51,383 bases of DNA, taken from positions 43,648,366-43,699,748 of the forward strand of contig NC_068997.1 in assembly GCF_001194135.2 (NCBI RefSeq). Direction: 5' to 3'. Position numbers and translations under genes: made by a program. Below, piece by piece: positions 11,820 to 24,899 of this stretch; position 1 is the stretch's first letter; every line of letters begins with the position of its first letter. Source of the stretch: Octopus bimaculoides (Eukaryota). The notes below the pieces were generated by a model. It ran no database searches, was not told the origin of the DNA, and saw only the letters and a program-made list of their open reading frames with translations.

Positions 11820-14464
11820 CTGTGAACAAAATAAATACAGTGTATTTTAATCTATTCATGGCAATGATAAGTCTTATTCAACAGTCAAGTTAGTTACAAA
11901 ATCAGATAATCTAAGACCCTATTGCTAGATGTTGTTCAGGAAATCTACCAGTGTGTGTGTATGTGAATATGTTTGAAGAAATGGTATGACATCAGATTAT
12001 AAACAGTTCAGAAATGAAATAAATGCACCAAATGTTGAAATTTCCTCTTCCTTACCGTAAAATTATTTATTCCAGGATTCACCATTAACTGATGATACAT
12101 CATCACTAATTTCTTCAGATCCTACTGTTTACTGGAATATCATTTCTGTCAGATATTAGACCAATTCCTGCAAGATTCAATCTAAGTCTTTCAACTCTAT
12201 TTTCTTTTCTTATGTTAAATCTTTATTAGTAATATCCTGTAATATTCTAGGAGCCAATTTAATTACTCAAATTGTTTTCCCTTAATAAATTTAATCTCAA
12301 GGCAAATGTATGGTCACTCAGTATACCTGAAATAGAAGCCAAATCTCCCTCGAATTACATACCACAGTCTCAGAGAAAAAGGAGAAATAAATGCTAAAAT
12401 GTGTAAAAATTGTATCCAAAACAAACAGATGTGATGGTCATGGTTAGAATGCCATTCATCATAGGTCTGCTTGACCTGACTGATTTCGTGCTAAACAGCA
12501 GGAATAAAACCAGAGTGTTTCTACATAACCAGCCATATAAAAAGGGTGACACATAAAAGCACCCACTACACTCTCTGAGTGGTTGGCGTTAGGAAGGGCA
12601 TCCAGCTGCAGAAACTCTGCCAAATCAGATTGGAGCCTGGTGTAGCCTTCGGGCTCCACCAGTCCTCAGTCAAATTGTCCAACCCATGCTAGCATGGAAA
12701 GCGAATGTTAAACGATGATGATGATGATGATAGTAGTCCAAAGAACTCTATGGTTGGCAAAGAGATGGGATGGTCATGACTGGAGCTCTTTTGATCATTA
12801 GTTTGTTACTTCAAGACCAACCCAAGATTAAACAACAACTGAGCTAAGCATGGTGTCGCTTTGTGTCAAGAGAAATCAATACATTGGATTATAATTAAAC
12901 AAATATTATCAACGTTTTTGAAAAGTAAAAACAAAAACATAAATAGGAGTTGGGGGGGGGTAAATGAAGAGAAACAGACTCAGAGTCTTTGGTTTGGAAT
13001 AAAAAAAAAGAATATTAAAATAAAGACAAAGTAGAAGAAAACACAATTGAACATGTTATCTGTTATTTTGGCAGACAAGAATTACAATTTGAAAGAAAGG
13101 AAGTGGTAAGAAAAGTCTGTGTGTGCATGCATGTGTGTGTATGTATGTATGTATGTAAAGGGAGGTGGGGGATATATAAACAGAAACCCCCCACCCTATA
13201 TNNNNNNNNNNATATATAAACAGAAACCCCCCACCCTATATATATATATATATATACACACATGCACACACACACACACATATATTTATTTGTACATATG
13301 GATGTATATGTATATATGCCCACACACACTTATATATGTATATACACACACGCATATATACATATATATATGTATAAACACACACACACACACATCCCTT
13401 TACAGCCGGAAGAATGGAAAAAGGTGTGGGAAGAGTAAGCAGTATGGTGGAGGTAAGGTACGGGTGGGGGAGAAATGGAGAGTGCAGTTTGTTTGGTGTG
13501 AAGGAGTAACCAGATAGAAAATTGAGAAGTGGTGGTGGTAGCGATGTAGTAAGAAATGAAGGTGAGTGGGGGGGGGCACATGTCTATATATTTTTCTGGT
13601 ATTTTCTCCTTCACCTTCTTCTTCTCCTGCCTCTTCTTCATCATCATCTTCTTTCTGGTTTAATAATCAGATTTTATTTCGGCTGGAATTAGTGAATTCC
13701 ATTTGATGTGTTCTGCAGATTACCCAAACATGTTTTGTCAGCTTCGTTTTCCAAACAAATAGACATTAACTTTTTCAATTGATTCTTTTTTTTATTATTA
13801 TTATTATTATTTAGATCTTGCCTTCATTTCAATAGTTTTATGAAACCAAACATAGAAACACACACACACACACATTTATTTATACATACATGCATGTTAG
13901 TATACATATACACACAAATATATCCTTTCTTTTAAGTGTTAATTTTGAGAGTTTGTTCATTATTATTATTATTATTATGTACACACAAACATGCACACAA
14001 GCATATATGCAATTATATATATATAAGTTTGTGCGTGTCTGTAAATATGTATGTTTTAAGTGTGTCTAAATATAAATACACACACACACATACATATATA
14101 AACATACATTAAATAATAATATAAGAAAGAAAAAAAAGTTTTGGGAAACTCGATATTATTTCATCATCACTGCGTTTCACATCAAGTTTTATCTAATTTA
14201 ACTCCCTTCTTTTTACTCTTTCTCTGTCCTGCACCCCACCCCCACCTTTATCTTCACTCTTTTAAACCAAACTCCATTACATTCTTCAATGACTTTTACT
14301 CAAATAAACCCCACCACCACAAACAACAGCACCACCCACTGAATTCTTATTGTTGTTTTAGACTACCACACTATTTCTTATGGGGAGGGGGTATTGCAGT
14401 AATGTTTAAAAAAAAATTTCTTTATTACTGTTATTATTACTTTTATTGTTATCATTCTTAATAT

Positions 14465-15750
14465 TGGCTTAAAATTTTGGCACAAGGCCATCAATTTCAG
14501 AGGTAGGGGTAAGTCGATTATATCAACCTCAGTACTCAACTGGTGCTTATTTTATTGATCCCAGAAGGATGAAAGGCAAAGTCGACCACAGTGGAATTTG
14601 AACTTGGAACATAAAGAGAGATGAAATGCTGCTAAACATTTTTCCCACTGTGCTAATGATTCTGCCAGTTCACTGTCTTATTACCATTCTTAATATTGTT
14701 GTTATAAGAATGGTGGCCAAAATGAATAACAGAATTTATTAGTTATAGATGTACTTTTACATTCTGAGTTCGAATCCCACAAGGGTCAACTTCTGTCTTT
14801 GGTCGATAAAATAAACACCAGTGATCAAATTGATCGACTGAATCCTACTGCCAAAATCTGTGGTCGTCATATTTTAGATACTGCAGTTATTATTATTGTT
14901 ATTATGAAGGCAATGAGCTGGGAGAATTGTTAGCATGTCAGACAACAGACTTAGTAGCATTTCTTCTGGCTAAGCTCAAATCCTATCATGGTCACTCAGC
15001 CTTTCAGGATCAATAAAATAAAGTAGTAGTCAAGTACTATGGTCAATGTAATTAACTAACACCCCAACCTAAAATGCTGGCCTTGAGCCAAAATTTGAAA
15101 TGATTATTATTATAAAAAGGTGGTGAGCTGGCAGAGTCATTAGCACACCAGGCAAAATGCTTAGTGGCCTTTCATCTGTCTTTACATTCTGAGTTCAAAT
15201 TCTGCCAAAGCTGACTTTGTCTTTCATCCTTTTGGGGTTGATGAAATAAGAACCAGTTGAACACTGGGATCAATGTAATCGACTCATCCCATCCCCCAAA
15301 ATTGCTGCCCTTGTGGCAAAATTTAAAACCATTATTATTACTATTATTAAAATGCCAAAGACAGTGAGCTAGTAGGCTCGTTAACACATTGGGTAAAATG
15401 CTTAGCAACACTTGGCCTGTCTTCACGTTCTGAGTTCAAATTCCGCTGAGGTTGACTTTGCCTTCCATCCTTTCAGGGTCGATAAAATAAGATGAGTACA
15501 CTGAGGTCAATGTAATCAACTTAATGCCTCCCCACGAACTTACTGGCCTTGTGCCAAAATTTGAAGCCATTATCAAAGTGTCAAACAAAATATCTCACAA
15601 TAGTTATGCTTCTTTACAATCTGAGTTCAAACCTCGCCAGAATCAGCTACACATTTCATCCTTCCAATCAGCGGTTGATGAAGTACTGAAGCCAATATAA
15701 TTAACTCAGCTTCTTACCACCACCTTGTGCCTATATTTGAAATCATTTTA
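14465..15750. mobile_element. Chain of about six SINE family B copies (ggtgagctggcagaatcgttagc head, (ATT)n tail)
   Basis: One minus copy (14465-14675) precedes five plus copies, partly separated by (ATT)n. The core gactttgcctttcatcctttcggggtcgataaaataagtaccag resembles the central domain of widespread metazoan SINE superfamilies, from memory. Confidence 0.85.
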
Positions 15751-16179
15751 TATAATTTTTTTAGATAACTTTTTTCTTACTATTTTATTACATTAATCTT
15801 TTTTACTTTTAACTCCTAAAACAAAATTTTTTTAAATTCTAATTTTTTGTTTTGTCAGTTAATTTTCTTGTTTTATTTTCTTAGCACACATTTTCTTTAT
15901 ATGCGTATATTTTTAATTTTCTTTTTCTTTTTTGCAAAAGAAAAAAAAAAAGAAGCTAAAGAAAATGTTTTAACATTCCTAAATAGATGTTTCTAGTTTA
16001 AGTGAAGTAGTTATCAGCATTCCCCCTTACCTCTTCGCATCCCTCTGAGTTTTTTTGATTATTCTCTCAACTTTAAAAGGAGGAGACAACAGAGGTTGTA
16101 GGTGGGTTTGGTTATCAGCAGTAGGAGATACCAGACTCCCACTGATGAAGGAGAAAAAAAAAACTTTTCTAGTGTCAGT

Positions 16180-16870
16180 AAAAAACATATGGTTAGGTTA
16201 CAGAGGGTGGGTACTTAGTGGGGGTGGGTGGAGGTTAAGTACTGCTGTTCTGCTTACTAAACCTGAGACCCAACCAACACCAATGAGGGAATCTCTAAGT
16301 GGTCGTTCATCCTACTAGAAGTAACAGCCAAATATTCCTCATGTCAAATGCCAGCATTTGAAAAAAAAACATATGGTTAAGTTACAGAGGGTGGATGATT
16401 ATTAGGGGTGGAGGAGGGAGGAAAGAACTGTTGTTCTGCTTATTAAACCTGAGACCCAACCAATACCAATGGGGAAAATCTCTAAGTACTTGCTTGTCCT
16501 ACTAGAAATAACAGCTAAATGTCCTGCATGTCGTACCCCAATGTTTTAAAAAAGCATATGGTTAAATTTTGGATGGTTATTGGGAGGGCAGAATGTAACA
16601 TTGTTCTACTGACTAAACTTGAGCACCAACCAATGAGGAAACCTCTAAGCAGTCATTCATCCTGCTAGATAGAAATAACAGTCAAATTTCCCTCCCTTTA
16701 AAAAAGAAAACATGGTTAGAGTATAGAGAGTGGGTGATTAACACTATTCTACTAAACCTGAGAGAAAGTACTGCTAGCCAACTAACAGCAAAGAGGGAAC
16801 CTCTATGTGGGCATTCATCCTGCTAGAAATAACCAAATCTCCCTCATCTCACACCCTGTGGTTGGACATT
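16180..16870 (+). repeat. Degenerate tandem array, four units of about 155-185 bp
   Basis: Unit marker cat(at)ggtta at 16186, 16370, 16555 and 16711. Each unit has a ctaaacctgag-like motif and a variant of tcatcctrctagaa-taacag-caaat. Confidence 0.85.
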
Positions 16871-17022
16871 TTTATAGATATCAAAAAGACAAGATGGCCG
16901 CAACTAAAATGCTTTTGTGTGTAGGCCTGTGTATGACCAGAGTTGATATTGAGTTAAACAATGACAATAACTTTATGTGATTGCTTGATCTGCTATAAAT
17001 ACCAGCCAAATCTCCCTTGAAT

Positions 17023-17100
17023 TACACCTTAACATCTTGAAAAGGAGGGACACATTGGAATTATTCAATGTATCCCACTTTTTCAAGATGTTAGGGTGTA
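17023..17100. repeat. Inverted repeat, 35-bp arms with an 8-nt loop
   Basis: 17023-17057 versus the reverse complement of 17066-17100: 31/35 identical. Confidence 0.95.
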
Positions 17101-17126
17101 GAGCTAAAATACTTAATACTCTAGAG

Positions 17127-17486
17127 TAATGGTTCTCAACTGGGATCCATGACTCCTAGGGATCCATATAAGATTTTAGGGGATCTACACAAGCAAAATA
17201 CTAAATTGAGAATCTACAGTGGTATTTTAAGGGTCCATAAAAAAAAATTCCCTTTAGATGTATTTATTGTAAGAAACAGCTAGGTTTCTGGCCACTGAAG
17301 AATGTTCTCTCAGAGAGTGTTGTCATAAACCTACAAAAGTGAATGTGTGAGAAACAAAATAGGAATTTTGAAAGAAGTATCTACAAAACTAGTTTTTAAA
17401 CATTGAATGGTTATGAGGGGTGGGGTCACCAGAATAAAATAGTAATCAAAGGGGGGCCATAAGTAAAAAATGGTTGAGAACTATTG
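17127..17486. mobile_element. hAT (Charlie-like) MITE
   Basis: TIRs taatggttctcaac / gttgagaactattg, with flanks ctctagag / ttatagag. Another copy lies at 27251-27571, next to a gap. Confidence 0.8.
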
Positions 17487-17867
17487 TTATAGAGAATTTT
17501 AGGATTGTTATGGCTGGAAAAGGTTGCTCTTTCTAGCAAGTACAGGATCTCTTGTTGGATCTAATCAAAATTGTTAGTCTGAAATAATTAATGATAATCT
17601 AAAAAAAATAATGGCTTTGCATTGATATAAAGCTTGAAGGATTTCCCACTTCAGATCATAGTCCACAAGAAGGATAATAAATAATCTTATCAATAATTTG
17701 TGTGTGTAAGGTGGTGAGCTGGTAGAATCATAAGTGCAAGAGTGGCTGTGTGGGTTCAGTCCCACTGCATGGCACCTTGGGCAAGTGTCTTCAACTATAG
17801 CCTCAGGGTGACCAAAGCCTTTGTAAGTGGATTTGTTAGACAGAAACTGAAAGAAACCCATCATATG

Positions 17868-17936
<69 letters not shown>

Positions 17937-18680
17937 ATGTGTGTGCATTCTGTGTGTGTTCCCCATCACTGTTTGGCAGGTGGTATTGGTGTGTTTATGC
18001 CCCTGTAACTTGGCAGTGTGACAAAAGAGACCAAAAAAATAAGTACCATGCTTGAAAAATAAAAAAAAAGTACTGGGGTCGATTTATTCACCTGAAATTC
18101 ACATTCAGAGTCAATAGAATAAGTACCAGTTGAACACTGGGGTTGATATAATTGCCTTTCCCCTCTCCCAATATTGCAGGCATTGGGCCAAAATTTGAAA
18201 CCAATATTTCTATGTATATGATTAACAGAATCATTAGAGAATCAAAGTAGTTAGTTACATTTCTTTACATTCTGAGTGCAAGATACAGTCAGCTTTACTT
18301 TCTATCCTTTAAGATTGATACAATTTACTTTTCTTTCCCACCAAATGTATGGCCTTATGCATATGTAAGGAATTAATATGTATGTGTGTGTATCTTTGTT
18401 TGCTTGTTGAGGTGAGTTATGCAAATGCAATAAAAATCACAGATTTATTGGCAGCAAGTGTGAGAATATTCATTATTCATAGCTCCACTCACCTGTGCAT
18501 AGGAATGACTGTGTGATTGAGAAGTTCACTTTGAAATTATATGATCTCAGGTTCAAATACCACAGCACAACACTTTGGGCAAGTGCTTTATGCTATAAGC
18601 TCAGACTGAGAAAAAGTTTGTGAGTGAAAACGATAGACTGGAATTGTGTGGAAACCTATCTGAGGAACTGCCTAGTTTAA

Positions 18681-19437
18681 TCCTTTAGCATTTAAACTGG
18701 CCATATCCAGCCCAAATATTCTATATGCTTCATGTTCAAACTGGGCAGATCCAGTCTCTCACATCTACCTTGCAATTGATTCTCAAAATAAACAGTCATA
18801 AGTGCAAGAGTGGCTGTGTGGGTTCAGTCCCACTGCATGGAACCTTGGGCAAGTGTCTTCTACTATAGCCTCAGGGTGACCAAAGCCTTGTGAGTGGATT
18901 TGTTAGACAGAAACTGAAAGAAACCCATCGTATGTATGTATACACATACTTTTTCACATCTGGCCCTATAGCCTTTTTTGTTTGTTTATTTCAGTTTCGT
19001 TTTCCTGTCTTGTTTCCCGTCCGCCACTATCCTCCATGGAACAAATTTAATTTGTGTCTGTGGGAAGAGCCATTTTAACGATGCATCCTGCCCTAACTCT
19101 TCCAAACGCCAGTGTTATAATGGTGGCAGCTGATGAAGGAAATGTTCTCTATGTGACCTGTGTGTTTTTTGTACCTTGTTTATCATTTTGTCCATGTTTT
19201 TTTGCAACATCATGTACCCAGATATGCATCTATATATACATGTAGATGAAGGTATGTACATACATGTACATATATATGCATATACTCTCTGAGTGGTTGA
19301 CGTTAGGAAGGGTATCCAGCTGTAGAAACTCTGCCAAATTAGATTGGAGCCTGGTGTTGCCATCCGGTTTCACCAGTCCTCAGTCAAATCGTCCAACCCA
19401 TGCTAGCATGGAAAGCGGACGTTAAACGATGATGATG

Positions 19438-19472
<35 letters not shown>

Positions 19473-19766
19473 TATTTGTGTATATATATATATTTGTGTA
19501 TGTGTGTGTGTGTGCATTCTGTGTTTGTTCCCTATCACTGTTTGACAGGTGGTATTGGTGTGTTTATGCCCCTGTAACTTGGCAGTGTGACAAAAGAATC
19601 CAAAAAAAAAAAAAGTACCATGCTTGAAAAATAAAAAAAAAGTACTGGGGTTGATTTATTCACCTAAAATTCTTTAATGCAGTGCTCCAGCATGGCTACA
19701 GTCTAACAGCTGAAACAAGTAAAAGATAAAAGAAATATTTGACAAAGTAATCTGAATGCTAAAGGG
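18681..19766. mobile_element. piggyBac-type MITE family 2, expanded by nested insertions
   Basis: TTAA at 18677-18680 and 19767-19770. TIRs TCCTTTAGCATT / AATGCTAAAGGG. An uninterrupted relative lies at 44020-44239. Confidence 0.75.
18950..19250 (+). mobile_element. Probable Penelope-like terminal-repeat relic inside the internal microsatellite of a SINE
   Basis: Flanked by TA-rich repeats. Contains gcagCTGATGAAG-GAAATGTTct, a hammerhead-like core lacking stem II. Confidence 0.35.
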
Positions 19767-20868
19767 TTAATGTCACTATCTGGCTCTTGGGTTACTTTAA
19801 CAGAATCTGCTCTGTTGCAAGCATTCAGACAAAGTTACCTGTCTGAAGATAACCTCCACCTTTTCTCCCACTCATCTCAGAAGCACTGAAAGGATCAGGA
19901 GGTAGCACTGTCTGTCCTCCCTTGATTCAGCCAGTAACAAGAAGAAGAAAAAAAAAACAAACCAGAAAAGATATGTATTATTTGAAGTAAATTATCTTTT
20001 TTTTTTTTTGCTTTTTCAACTTATAATTGAAATCAGAGTCAGAAGATTTCAGTTGGCTGGGAGGTGATGTCATGCTTCACTGCACTTGCCCCATACAGAT
20101 GCAATAATAACAATGTTAAATTTGTTTGCGGTGTCTCCTTATTAGTGCTATATTCAGATAATGGTGCCCATGGGAGACCAAAATGTTAGGGGACTCTTCT
20201 GAAGTAAAATAACCAATTTGTAACTGAAATAATTTTTTTTAAAAACCATAACGGAAATTCTATTATGATAAGAAGATGTATGAAAAATCATTTTGTAGAA
20301 TGTCAAATATTTTAATAATAATGATAAGGAAAATACATTTATTATTATTTAGTCTCTGGGAGATGGTACATTTCTTTTATCTTTTACTTGTTTCAGTCAA
20401 AAGGACTGCAGCCATGCTGGAGCACTGCTTTGAAGGGTTTAGCTGAAGAAATCAAACTCTAGTACTCTTTATTATAGTTTGGTACTTATTTGATTGGTCC
20501 CTGTGCTGAATCATTTAAGTTACAAAGGATATAAACAAACCAGTACCAGTTATCAAGCCGCAAGGTGACAGATACAAAGAGATATATGCACACACATACA
20601 CACACACTGCAGGCTTCTACACAGTTGTCATCTACCAAATTCACTTACAAAGCATTGATGAGTCTGGGGCTATAGTAGAAGACACCCTAGGTGCTGCACT
20701 TGCAACTGAACCAAAACCACATGATTGTAAAACAAACTTCTTAACTAGACCCATGCCTGCAGAATTTTCTTTTATTTACAAATAAAAGCCTACAAGCTCA
20801 TCATTCTTATAACTATCATTCCTACAACTATTAATCACTTTCTTACAAGCAAACCTATAGCTACCATA

Positions 20869-21035
20869 AGTGTCTCTCTCCCATTACCCTCTACCATTAC
20901 TGTCTCACTTCCATTACTGTCTCCCATTACCCTCTACCATTACTGTCTCTCTCCCATTACCCTCTACCATTATTGTCTCTCCCATTGTAGTCTACCGTTA
21001 CTAACTTTTCCATTTCTTTACCACTACTATCTCCC
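20869..21035 (+). repeat. Minisatellite, unit about 30 bp (ccattactgtctctctcccattaccctcta)
   Basis: About five degenerate tandem units are visible. Confidence 0.8.
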
Positions 21036-21879
21036 ATTTCTTCTTCCTCTTCCATCCACACTGTTACTTCAATCAATCCATTTCCCTTCTCATAATTTTA
21101 CTTCCTTTCTCCCCTCCTCACCCTAGTTCTCTGCAATCATCCTCACTTTTATTCACTCAGAGATAACCTAGAGTAGTGATGATTCTTTTTAGTCCAGTGG
21201 ATTACCAGTTAAGATCATTAGTGCTTGTGCCATAGTATAATACACTCAGTACAGTGGTTAGCGAATGGCTGGATATAACACAGAATAAAAAGGATCATTT
21301 CCTCTAGTATATGACGACTTTTTCAGTGTTTGTCACCTGATAAAATGCATCTAGTACATTCTGTAAAATAGTTGAGGTTTGGAAAAGTATTCTATCTAGA
21401 AAGCCAGTAAGTCTCAATTAGGACTTGGGTCATGATGACCTGTCCAACTCATGCCAGCATTGGAAAATGATAGTAATTATGAAAACATCAAGGGAAGAAG
21501 GGAACAGTACTGTGATTTTCATGGAGCCCTCCCTGCTAGATTAGCTAAAGCACCCATAACATCAAAACTCACCCAACCCCAGATGGCTGTGTTAGCTTAG
21601 TGCCAACCTTGCAATCTTGAAACATGGTAAATGACAACAGAAGACTTGTGGTTTAGCTGCAGGTCATTCCCTCACCAAGAGATCTATAATTAATAATATT
21701 CCTGTCATGACCATCCCCTTCTATTTATATTATATTTTCCAACTGTGTAACTAGGATCACTTTAAATAATATTGAAAATCAATAAGTCCATTTTTTAAAG
21801 ATGGTATCATGTGATCCAAGGGAGACTTAGCTACTATTTCTGACATATAAAGGATTCCTAGTTGGCTTATGGATATCTG

Positions 21880-22180
21880 CAGTAGAAAGGAATGACCTGA
21901 GTATAATCTGTTGGATGTAAAGTTATCTGTCCAGATGAATGTGTGGATTCAGTTATTGAAGTATAAGAGAAGAATGTGACTGGGCATCAAAGGCATTGTA
22001 TTAATATGTGAAAAAGGGAGAGGACAGAAAGGCTTATAACAGAGGTAACATGAATGAATCATATTTGCTAATATCATGAAAGTACCTTGTTAGAGAAAGA
22101 CCAAAGAAGACTTGGGAAAAGGGGTGAGGTTAGATCTAAAAGAAAACTGAGTTTCATAGAATAGTTCCTACTCCTATGAG
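21880..22180 (+). mobile_element. RTE-like LINE 3' relic
   Basis: A frame resembling R(G)RPKKTW at about 22100-22120, preceded by a degenerate RT C-terminal frame. Confidence 0.45.
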
Positions 22181-23580
22181 CAAGTAATGTAACACTGTTG
22201 CTCATAAACTACTAGATGAATGTACAAGCATGCAAGAGCCCCTACACTGTCATTCAACTTGATAGAAATAACCAAACCTCACCCAAGGTATACTCTTCAG
22301 ACTCATGTCAGTGTCTAATAACACCCCACTATCTTAAATTTCTCTGTAATTAACCCAACCGGAGGAAGACAGGTTGTGCGATTAAGAAGCTCACTTTGCA
22401 AGTGTGTGGTTATAGGTTTGATTGAACATTGCCGCACTTTGTGCAAGAGTCTCCTACCATAGCCTCAGGCTGATTAATGCCTTCTGAGTGAAATGCGATG
22501 AACTCAATCCATACAAGCATGAAAAAAGTAAGCATAATGATGACAGATGTGATGGTGACAACAGCAATGACATTGAAAACTTGTAGTGAGGGCCATTCCT
22601 GCACTTAATTTGTCACCCAGTTTAAAATCCACCAACTTAGTCCAGTTTGTTGCAAGCATTTAGATACAGGCATTCCGTCAGTTATGATGACAAGTGTTAC
22701 AGCTGATATGATTAACAGAACAGCCTACTCGTGAAATTAACATGCAAGTGGCTGAGCACTCCACAGGCACATGTACCCTTAATGTAGTTCTCAGGGAGAC
22801 TCAGCATGGCACAGAATGTGACATGGCTGTCCCTTTGAAATACAGGTACAACTCATCTTTGTCAGCTCTGGTGATGAAACCACCAAAGCAAAGAAGCACT
22901 CAGTATATTGTGTATAAAATGGGCATATAGCAAACATGTGAGCAATGACATTGTCCCCGACCAGTCTAGGATGAAAGTAATTCCAAATAAAAATTGACTT
23001 GGTTCATAACAACACATCTAACCCATGCCAGCATGAAAAAAGCAGGCAATTACCTATGTTATGTGAAGGAAAAAAAAGGGAAATTAACCAAATATGCTAT
23101 GTATCATTGAGTTCCTTTCTTTATTATGGATTATTTCACTTACCTTCTAGCTTTGTGCCTTTGAAGCCCTGTGGAATAAGAGATCTCTTACTTGAGAAAT
23201 AGGTTAGGGTTTACAACATGGACGGTATCTAGCTGTAAACAATTTCTCGGTATTGTATGTTTTGAACTCATGCAAACATGGAAAAATGGAATGAACAAAA
23301 TACCAGTTGCCCTTGGGAAGTATTATATGCTGATGACTGCATTCTTGTCACAGAATCTGCAGTTGAGCAAGAAAAAGAAAAAAAATGATCATTCGAGCTT
23401 ATCAAACTGTCCAGCCAATGCCAGCAAGGAAGATAGACACTAAATGAGAATGATGATGGAATATGCACATACATTGTGTGTATGCTATATTGAAGTCTAA
23501 GAAATATGAAAAGTAAAAAAAAAGATAAACTCATATATGATTGTGACTTCAATATAACATGTTCGAAAAAAAAATGTTAC

Positions 23581-23621
<41 letters not shown>

Positions 23622-23802
23622 GCATACATACATACATAGGTGCAGGCATGACTATGGTAAGAAGCTTGCTTCCTAACATGGTTCCAGGTTCAGTCACACA
23701 GCATGGTACCTTGGACGAGTGTCTTCTACTATAGCCTCAGGCCAACCAAAGCCTTGTGAGTGGATTTGGTAGACGGAAACTTTGGAAGACGGAAGCCCAT
23801 TG

Positions 23803-23840
<38 letters not shown>

Positions 23841-24899
23841 CACACATGCACACACACACACATATATCTTTGTGTGTGTTTTTGTGTCTGTGTTTGTTCC
23901 ACCATTGCGTGTCAACTAGTATTAAGGTGTTTACATCCCCATAACATAGCAGCTTGACAAAAGAGACCAATGGAATAAGTACTAAACTTTAAAAAAACAA
24001 AGTACCAGGGTTGATTTGTTTGATTAAAACCCTTCAAAGTAATGCCCTAGCAAGGCTGCAATCAAATGACTGAAACAAGTAACAGGTAAAAGATACAAGC
24101 ATAAGGCCTGCATGGCAAATAAAAATAAACCTGATGTTTTCGTACATGCATTGAGAAGTTTAATGGATTGGCGTCTCTATTAAGATTATCACATATGTGC
24201 GTGTTTGTGTGTGTGTTCATACACAAGCACATACACTCATGTAGGTGTATGTGTATGTTTGTTTCTACATCTAGATATTCCATGACAAAACTGCTAATTC
24301 TTAACCCCCTACTCCTTCCCGAGCAGGAATTTTGTGTGTAGTTGTTGTTGGCTGGTGGTGGCAACAGGTAATAGGTAACATTACTATTGGTGGTACTGGG
24401 GAGTAATTATCTTAATTAAGGTATGACTGACACAATGTTTTGCTCAAGACACCAGTACCCTTTTTTCTTTTCTTTTCTTTTTTGTATAGTTTTGTTGCAA
24501 GAGCAAAACAAAACAACAATATTAATTCTAACAACTCCCCTCCTACCATGACCAACAGCTAAGATCACTTCCATTACCGCCAATTAAAGCAACCATAATT
24601 ATAACAGCATAAACATGAACCTCTTCAAAACTAAGAACTAACCAACGTAGCTTTAATTGAGTTTTTTCTTTTGTGTTCAACAAGTTTCTCAGAGGTGAGT
24701 GAGTTGGTGTTGGGGATGTGGGGGTTCATGCATGGCAGTGGCAGAGTAGGGCTGAACATGAATTGTCTTTTGTCATGTTTCTGCAAGGTGTTTAGGAGTG
24801 GGGCTGGAGGTGGCTGGTTTTGTTTTTTGTCTGGAGTTCTGCCACTCCCACCTTGTCCTTTCAGTGAAGGAACAAGAAGTTGTATTAATTTCTTCACAT

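Noticed and set aside
11590-12250. Long protein-looking minus frame (..PPKIEIHMVD..GIPEIRLS..) as a pseudogene
   Set aside because: About one stop per 15 codons, as expected for random AT-rich DNA, and no identifiable family.
13165-13245. Direct repeat atatataaacagaaaccccccaccctatat on both sides of a 10-N gap
   Set aside because: Typical unmerged contig overlap, so an assembly artefact.
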